A stretch of 64,000 bases of DNA, taken from Terriglobia bacterium. Lineage in GTDB: Bacteria > Acidobacteriota > Polarisedimenticolia > Polarisedimenticolales > JAIQFR01. The stretch lies in contig CAVVHE010000006.1 of NCBI GenBank assembly GCA_963748015.1, positions 119,032-183,031 of the forward strand, read 5' to 3'. The stretch's first letter is position 1. Each line of letters opens with the position of its first letter. The translations under genes were made by a program, and so were the position numbers. A model generated the notes under the pieces. The model searched no databases. It saw only the letters and a list, made by a program, of their open reading frames with translations, and was not told the DNA's origin. Positions 59,149 to 64,000 of the stretch are shown here, in pieces.

Positions 59149-60548
59149 CTCCGCCCGCCGCCTCTGCCACCACCGCCTCTTCCGCCACCGCCGCCCCTGC
59201 TGCCGCCATAGCTCGAGGCGCCGCGCGACGAGCTGGCCCGGGCGCTGCTGCCGCTGTACCCGCCGGAGCCTCCGCTGAAGCCGCTCCCTCCGGCTCTCGA
59301 TCCACTGCTGCTCGGGACGCTCCGGTTGCCGACCTTGTCTCCACCGGCGCCCCCCGACACGCTGGGAGAGCCGCCCCGCGTTCCCGCGCCGCCGGTCTGG
59401 CTCGCGCTAGGCGCGCCGCCCCGCGTTCCCGCGCCGCCAGTCTGGCTCGCGCTGGGCGCGCCGCCGCGGGTTCCCGCGCCGCCGGTCTGGCTCGCGCTCG
59501 GTCCGCCGCCGCGCGTACCCGCGCCGCCGGTCTGGCTCGCGCTCGGCCCGCCTCCGCGATTCGACCCGCCGCCGTACTTGTTCGCCGTCGCCTTGTCGCC
59601 GTACGGCGCGGCGCCGCGATGCTGGGGGTTGTGCTGCCAGTTGTTGCCGCCCGCGCCCCCTCCGCCGTAGTGGTTGACCCTGTTGAAATTGTTGTTGACG
59701 TTGATGTTGACGCTGCCGCCGTGCCACCCGCACCCGCAGCACGCGCCGCCCCACATCGCCGCGCCCCACATCACCCCGAAGGAGAACGCCACGAACGCCG
59801 CCCCGGGTGGCGGGGGCGGGGGATAGTAGATCGGTGGATACGGATAGTAGACGGGCGGGCCGTAGACGACCACGGGGCTGTAAGACGGGACGTAGATGAC
59901 CTCGGGGTTCGAGGGCTCCACGACGATCACGGTCTTGTTCTCGACGACCTGCGTCTCGACCTTCTGCTGCTGGTTCGTCTCCAGGGCGCCCTTGTCCATG
60001 GCCTTCTTCCGCATCCGCTGCACGGCGTCCATGACGTCGCTCTGCTGCGCGAGGAAGGCGTTTCCGAGGTCCGTCGTCCACTGAATGTCGTCCGCGAGGC
60101 GCTTCACCACCTCGGGAGTCGCCGCCATGGACTGGACGCTCGGGTCCCAGGGCTGCTTGGCGACCGCGTCCGCGAGCGCCTTGTCCTTCAGTTCCTTGTT
60201 CTTCGCGAGCCACTGCTGGAGCTGGATGATCTCGAGCGGGTAGGTGGACGCCACGAGCGTCTGGGCGAGCAGCGGATCGGGGTAGAGGGCGATCGGGGCC
60301 ACCAGGGATTCGAGCTGCTCGGGGGCAAGCTTCGTCGCCTCCGGCGCGGCGGCGCCGTTCGGCTTGGCGGGCGCGGGTGTGCCGGGGGCCGGTGCGGTAG
60401 CCTGCGGCGCGACCTGCTGCGGGGCCGCCGGCTTCTCCTGCGCTAGCAATAGCCCTTCCCCGGGCAGGAGCAGGATCGCACAGGTGAGCGCCATGAGGGC
60501 GCGACGCCCCGGTCTCACCGTGCGGTATCGCGGCGTGGTCCTCTGCAT
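59145..60548 (-). CDS. DUF3300-family protein with a Gly-rich repetitive tail
   Basis: LESLVAPIALYPDPLLAQ, WDPSV, LGNAFLAQQ.DVMDAVQRMR, IYVPSY, WQHNPQHR; GTGA overlap with the DUF2950 gene. Confidence 0.9.
   Translation of the reverse strand: MQRTTPRYRTVRPGRRALMALTCAILLLPGEGLLLAQEKPAAPQQVAPQATAPAPGTPAPAKPNGAAAPEATKLAPEQLESLVAPIALYPDPLLAQTLVASTYPLEIIQLQQWLAKNKELKDKALADAVAKQPWDPSVQSMAATPEVVKRLADDIQWTTDLGNAFLAQQSDVMDAVQRMRKKAMDKGALETNQQQKVETQVVENKTVIVVEPSNPEVIYVPSYSPVVVYGPPVYYPYPPIYYPPPPPPGAAFVAFSFGVMWGAAMWGGACCGCGWHGGSVNINVNNNFNRVNHYGGGGAGGNNWQHNPQHRGAAPYGDKATANKYGGGSNRGGGPSASQTGGAGTRGGGPSASQTGGAGTRGGAPSASQTGGAGTRGGAPSASQTGGAGTRGGSPSVSGGAGGDKVGNRSVPSSSGSRAGGSGFSGGSGGYSGSSARASSSRGASSYGGSRGGGGGRGGGGRGGGRR
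59371..59558 (-). repeat. 45-bp coding tandem repeat, about 4 copies plus a partial
   Basis: CTGGCTCGCGCT recurs at 59397, 59442, 59487 and 59532; encodes GG(G/A)PSASQTGGAGTR. Confidence 0.92.
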
Positions 60549-60730
60549 GGTGGCCGTCCCTTCTCCGAGATGATCACTCGAAACGCCGGGTGGACCGGCG
60601 TACGGACAAGCAGCATAAGGCAATTCGGGCGGGCGAGACAACCGGAGTCCCGGTGAGATCGAGCAGCTCCGACGCACTCTCGGGCAGGCATGGACGGCGC
60701 GCCCCAAGGCCGGAGCGCCGGGAAACCCCG

Positions 60731-61261
60731 CTACTTCATCTTGTCCATGGTGACCGCCTGCATGAGCAGCCACGGCCCTCCATCGACGGAGACCTCCGCG
60801 TCGTTCGTGAAACGCGTCGTTCCGCGCTGCGTGATCGTGGCTCGGACCTTCACCGGCTTCCCTTCGGCCTTCATTTCGAAGGCGAAGATCCACGTCTCGC
60901 CCTCGATCGACCCGCGGGCGAGGGAACCCACGCCCTGGCTGTCGATGTCGTACCAGGTGTACTGCTTCGCGTCGGGGTCGTAGCCGAAGATCGCCAGCTC
61001 GTGGTAGGGCGCGGTACCCATCGTTCCATCCAGCCGGCACACGACGTTGCGCCCGCCCGGGAACCTGGAACAGTCGATCTTCGCGGCGAAGCTCCCGGCG
61101 GCGCTGACCGGGGTGGTCTTCAGCTCGCCGCCGCCCTTCCACTTGCCGACCAGGAAATCGAGCCGCTCGTACTCCGGCCCCGGCGTGGGCGCGGGTTTCC
61201 GCGCGAGCGCGGGGCCCGCGGCACAGAGCGCCAACAGACTCGAGGCGAGCAACTTCCTCAT
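60731..61261 (-). CDS. Secreted DUF1579-like protein
   Basis: GGAGG RBS; signal peptide; LDFLVGKWKG, GYDPDAKQYTWYDIDS. Confidence 0.72.
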   Translation of the reverse strand: MRKLLASSLLALCAAGPALARKPAPTPGPEYERLDFLVGKWKGGGELKTTPVSAAGSFAAKIDCSRFPGGRNVVCRLDGTMGTAPYHELAIFGYDPDAKQYTWYDIDSQGVGSLARGSIEGETWIFAFEMKAEGKPVKVRATITQRGTTRFTNDAEVSVDGGPWLLMQAVTMDKMK

Positions 61262-61307
61262 CGGTGCCTCCTCCAGGCTTCCGCGCGACGAAACCGAGAT
61301 GCGACGC

Positions 61308-62093
61308 TCACGGCTCCGCAATCCGCGGCAGCACGCCGCCGGGCCGGCCGAAATGGGGAACGGCGTCGGCAGCGTTGCGAGGATCGACGAACGCGCCACT
61401 CGCGGCGCTGTAGTAGAGACAGCCGATCTCGTCGGCGAGGCGGAACGCGACGAACGGCTCGACCGAGTCCAGCGCGTCGAGCCACCCGCGTTTCAATTCC
61501 TGGAGGTCGATCGGCGCCGCGAGGTCGAGCCGCGCGATGTCTTCCGGGCGGACCCTTCCGCGTCGACGCAGCAGCTCGAGGAGAGACAGGGGTGTGAAGC
61601 CGGGGTCCTTCCCGCAGGCCGCCCAGCAAAGCGGCCCCAGTCCGAGCACGTGCCTGTGAAGATGGAGCGCGTCCAAAACGTCGCGGGGCTCGTCGCGGCC
61701 TGCCAGCGCCAGCACCTTGTTGACGGCCAGGTCCACCGGATGGAGCAGGAACCCGACCCTCTCGTCGCGCACCGTCGGCATGAAACGCCAGGCCGAGTCG
61801 CGCGCCCACTCGACCTTGGTCGCCTGTGCGCCCTTGCGCACGACCGCGCGGATGTAGCCGGGTTGGTTCATGTCGACGGCGACCGCATACCCGCCGGTCT
61901 CCAGCAGACTCCGGTCGGCGGCGAACGCCTCCGCGACCCGTGCCTCCGAGTCGTGGAAGTAGTCGAGGTCGCGGCTGTAGCGCGTCGTGTTGGGCTCGAT
62001 GAGGATCGCCGCTCCGCCCGCGAGGTACGAATCGAAGGTCCTGTTCCGCGAGAGAAGGCGGGCCAGACCGGCTTGGTACTCCGTCAGCGGCAT
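61308..62093 (-). CDS. AbiEii/AbiGii-like nucleotidyltransferase (putative type IV toxin)
   Basis: YLAGGAAI, RYSRDLDYF, KVEW, DLAVNKVLALAGRDEPRDVLD match the DUF1814/AbiEii motif series. Confidence 0.82.
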   Translation of the reverse strand: MPLTEYQAGLARLLSRNRTFDSYLAGGAAILIEPNTTRYSRDLDYFHDSEARVAEAFAADRSLLETGGYAVAVDMNQPGYIRAVVRKGAQATKVEWARDSAWRFMPTVRDERVGFLLHPVDLAVNKVLALAGRDEPRDVLDALHLHRHVLGLGPLCWAACGKDPGFTPLSLLELLRRRGRVRPEDIARLDLAAPIDLQELKRGWLDALDSVEPFVAFRLADEIGCLYYSAASGAFVDPRNAADAVPHFGRPGGVLPRIAEP

Positions 62094-62350
62094 AGCTTCC
62101 TCGCGGTCTCCCAGGCGTCGCGCCCGCCGTGCTTGCGCAGCTGCTCCGCGACCCAGGCGACGTCCGACGGGCCGATGCGATACGCGGGATCGAACGACCA
62201 GAAGCACACCGCGTGGAACCGCCGGTAGGCCCGTCGCGCTTCGCGCACGCGGACCATAGCCCTCGCGGTCTCGGGGTCGAGCGCGCGGCGACTCTTCCGG
62301 CCGCCTCTCCGCCCGATCTCCGAGAGATAGATCCTCACGTTCCGGTCCAT
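62084..62350 (-). CDS. 88-aa basic protein, putative antitoxin or autoregulator of the nucleotidyltransferase
   Basis: Overlaps the toxin start by 10 nt; SEIGRRGG motif; CFWSFD...LRKHGGRDAW; begins at the predicted +1 of a consensus promoter. Confidence 0.72.
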   Translation of the reverse strand: MDRNVRIYLSEIGRRGGRKSRRALDPETARAMVRVREARRAYRRFHAVCFWSFDPAYRIGPSDVAWVAEQLRKHGGRDAWETARKLCR

Positions 62351-62356
62351 GTCGAT

Positions 62357-62385
62357 ATCATAGTCCGTTTATGATTATATGTCAA
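62357..62385 (-). promoter_or_regulatory. Near-consensus sigma70 promoter giving a leaderless transcript
   Basis: TTGACA (62385-62380), 17 nt, TATGAT (62362-62357), 6 nt, ATG (62350); AT-rich patch to about 62410. Confidence 0.85.
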
Positions 62386-62434
62386 TAGATATCAATTAGA
62401 TAAACGTGTAGATGGCCGAGCTGCGGCATGTCGC

Positions 62435-62601
62435 TCAGGGCTTCGCCACGACCGTGAATGGCTCGATCCGGCCGTCGGGCAGTTCGCGCTCCAGGACCTG
62501 CAACGTCGACCGAGGCCGTAGTTCGTCCCGAGCCCGCTCGCAAGGCGCACCTCGGTCTCCATCTCGGCCCAGGACGAGGCGGCGAGGAGCTTGCGGTCCA
62601 T
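62435..62601 (-). pseudogene. Internally deleted relic of a beta-lactamase-family serine hydrolase
   Basis: MDRKLLAASSWAEMETEVRLASGLGTNYGLG (YGLG motif region) joined out of frame to TLQVLERELPDGRIEPFTVVAKP*; recognised from memory of such proteins. Confidence 0.45.
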
Positions 62602-62646
62602 TACCGCGACGGACCTTCGTGAATAATGCGGGCTACCCGATCCGGA

Positions 62647-63705
62647 TCAGCGCGCCGCGGCGTTCGCCTGCGCCAGGTCCTCCGCGATCCACTTCCCGAC
62701 CAGCTCGATCGCCTCCCCGTCGGCGATCACCGTTCCGAGAGGAGGCATCTGCGACGACGGGCGACGGGAAGCCATCCGGTAGAGGAGCGCGCTGCGTCCG
62801 GCCGAGCCCGGTGCGATCGTTCGCGACGCGCCGTCGGGCGCGCCGGGAACCTGGAATCGCCCCTTCGCGTCGATCGCTGTCACGATCGCGGGCTCCTTGC
62901 CGCCCTTCGTGGCCGCGGCGGGGTCGTGCGCCAGCACGAGGCCGAGGCGCGCGAGCGGGCCCGAAGGGTTGTGGCAGTGGGCGCAGTTCCCGGCGAGGTA
63001 ACCGAGCACAGCGCGCTCGCGCGGGCTCGACGCCGCGATGCGCGGCGGACTCGAGGCGAGGTCGGGGCGCGGCGGCTCGAGCCTGCCCCGCTCGACGAGC
63101 GACGAGAGCGTGACCATGCCGGGCCGGAGCGGCTCAGCGTGGAGGGCCAAGGGATCGCGGTCGTCCGAGAGCTGCAGCGCGCTGAACCCGAGCACCGTCG
63201 ACGGCCCCGACTCGTGGCAAGTCCTGCAGTCGGCGATCGCGGGAATCGAGTGGCGCTTTCCCGGCGCAATCTCGGCGTACTCCCGGAGTCCCTCTTCGGG
63301 CGCCAACTCGGCGTCGGTCTGGGCTTCGTTCCACACGTACGTTGCGTATACCCATGCGTCCGCCGTCGCGCGCCACAACATGCGCGTCTCTACCTTGCGC
63401 CCCGCGAAGGCGAACTCTTTCCAGAGCTTCGTGCCAACGGGGAATCGCCACGCGTCGACATTCCGGACATCGATCTTCGACCCTTCGGGCAGGCGGATCC
63501 AGCGCGACTTCGCCGCGCCGTCCGTCCACAGCGGGTACTGCGGGGAGTACGAGAGATTCCCCGCGGCGATGGTCGCCGTACCGGTGGCCGCGTAAAGGCC
63601 GGTCTCCGAGAGCCTCTCGGGCGGGAGGACGGGGGCGGCCTCGCCGGCCCACGCGGCGGCCGCCGAGAGAGCGGCCACCGCGAGCATCAGGAATCTCGAG
63701 GTCAT
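62647..63705 (-). CDS. Secreted diheme c-type cytochrome (SO2930-like)
   Basis: Signal peptide; LSETGLY, YPLWTDGAAKSRW, FPVGT...KEF, CRTCH, CAHCH, MPP. Confidence 0.83.
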   Translation of the reverse strand: MTSRFLMLAVAALSAAAAWAGEAAPVLPPERLSETGLYAATGTATIAAGNLSYSPQYPLWTDGAAKSRWIRLPEGSKIDVRNVDAWRFPVGTKLWKEFAFAGRKVETRMLWRATADAWVYATYVWNEAQTDAELAPEEGLREYAEIAPGKRHSIPAIADCRTCHESGPSTVLGFSALQLSDDRDPLALHAEPLRPGMVTLSSLVERGRLEPPRPDLASSPPRIAASSPRERAVLGYLAGNCAHCHNPSGPLARLGLVLAHDPAAATKGGKEPAIVTAIDAKGRFQVPGAPDGASRTIAPGSAGRSALLYRMASRRPSSQMPPLGTVIADGEAIELVGKWIAEDLAQANAAAR

Positions 63706-63727
63706 GGATGCCTCCCTCCCCCCGGCC

Positions 63728-64000
63728 TCAGTGCCCCTCGGGCGGATCCACCGGCTGCGGGACGCGGTTGCGGACCGGCGGGATCGAGTTCAGGTACGCG
63801 AAGATCGCCCTAAGGTCGTCGTCGGTCGCGGTCGCGACGGTCTGCCACGGCATCGGGGGGAGAATCGGTCGGCCGGCTCCCTCGTGGCGCCCGGTGCGTA
63901 TTGCGTCCGTGAAGGTCTTGAGCGTCCAGCTCCCGAGTCCGGTCTCCGGATCAGGGGTCAGGTTCGCGGCGTAGCTCGTCCCCCAGGGGCCGGCGAACGC
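63728..64000 (-). CDS. C-terminal part of a c-type cytochrome (diheme c-553-like), truncated by the window edge
   Basis: Translates AFAGPWGTSYAANLTPDPETGLGSWT...AIRTGRH...ILPPMPW...DDDLRAIFAYLNSIPPVRNRVP...*. Confidence 0.82.
   Translation of the reverse strand, partial: AFAGPWGTSYAANLTPDPETGLGSWTLKTFTDAIRTGRHEGAGRPILPPMPWQTVATATDDDLRAIFAYLNSIPPVRNRVPQPVDPPEGH

Noticed and set aside
59371..59558. Regularly spaced repeats as a possible CRISPR array
   Set aside because: Units are contiguous with no unique spacers, are a multiple of 3 inside a CDS, and no cas genes are present
60641..60654. Palindrome ACCGG-AGTC-CCGGT upstream of DUF3300, and CCCGT-ACGA-ACGGG at 3159-3172
   Set aside because: Short GC-rich inverted repeats that do not match the GTA-N4-TAC core and are easily expected by chance
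61300..62640. Mobile element or prophage boundary around the TA pair
   Set aside because: I found no integrase, transposase, terminal inverted repeats or target duplication

Overview
A gene-dense, very GC-rich bacterial window from a diderm, judged by its many outer-membrane barrels and a tripartite RND pump. The gene families are most reminiscent of Acidobacteriota, which is inference only. I saw no rRNA, tRNA, CRISPR array, transposase or integrase. Content in order: cytochrome b; arylsulfatase; a frameshifted LprI-MliC-PliI-like triple lysozyme-inhibitor gene; a run of secreted and outer-membrane hypotheticals; a GH63 glucosidase, GH13 amylase and Zn glucose dehydrogenase operon; a cytoplasmic GAF-PAS-PAS kinase with a NarL-type regulator; VIT1; gnd, a deleted zwf relic and pgl; a bacillithiol-like cluster (miniature BshC-like domain in frame with BshB1, BshA, a large secreted PIG-L protein, a small membrane protein and a sodium:solute symporter); DUF2911; DUF2252; an RND pump; an LPKTG-tailed protein; an OmpA-family protein; a porin/amidohydrolase/DcaP/secreted glutaminase operon; more barrels; a PlpD-like patatin autotransporter; DUF3300/DUF2950; an AbiEii-like toxin with an atypical 88-aa partner on a leaderless consensus promoter; and c-type cytochromes. 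Highlights: (1) a recurring 18-bp palindrome, consensus CCTCGTA-N4-TACGAGG, centred 31.5-32.5 bp from a -10 hexamer at four promoters, which suggests an undescribed regulon; (2) the mini-BshC/BshB1/BshA locus; (3) several internally deleted gene relics. Single-base frameshifts in at least six otherwise intact genes look like long-read consensus errors, so fusion and split calls need read-level checking. All family names come from recognising motifs by eye; no database search was run.
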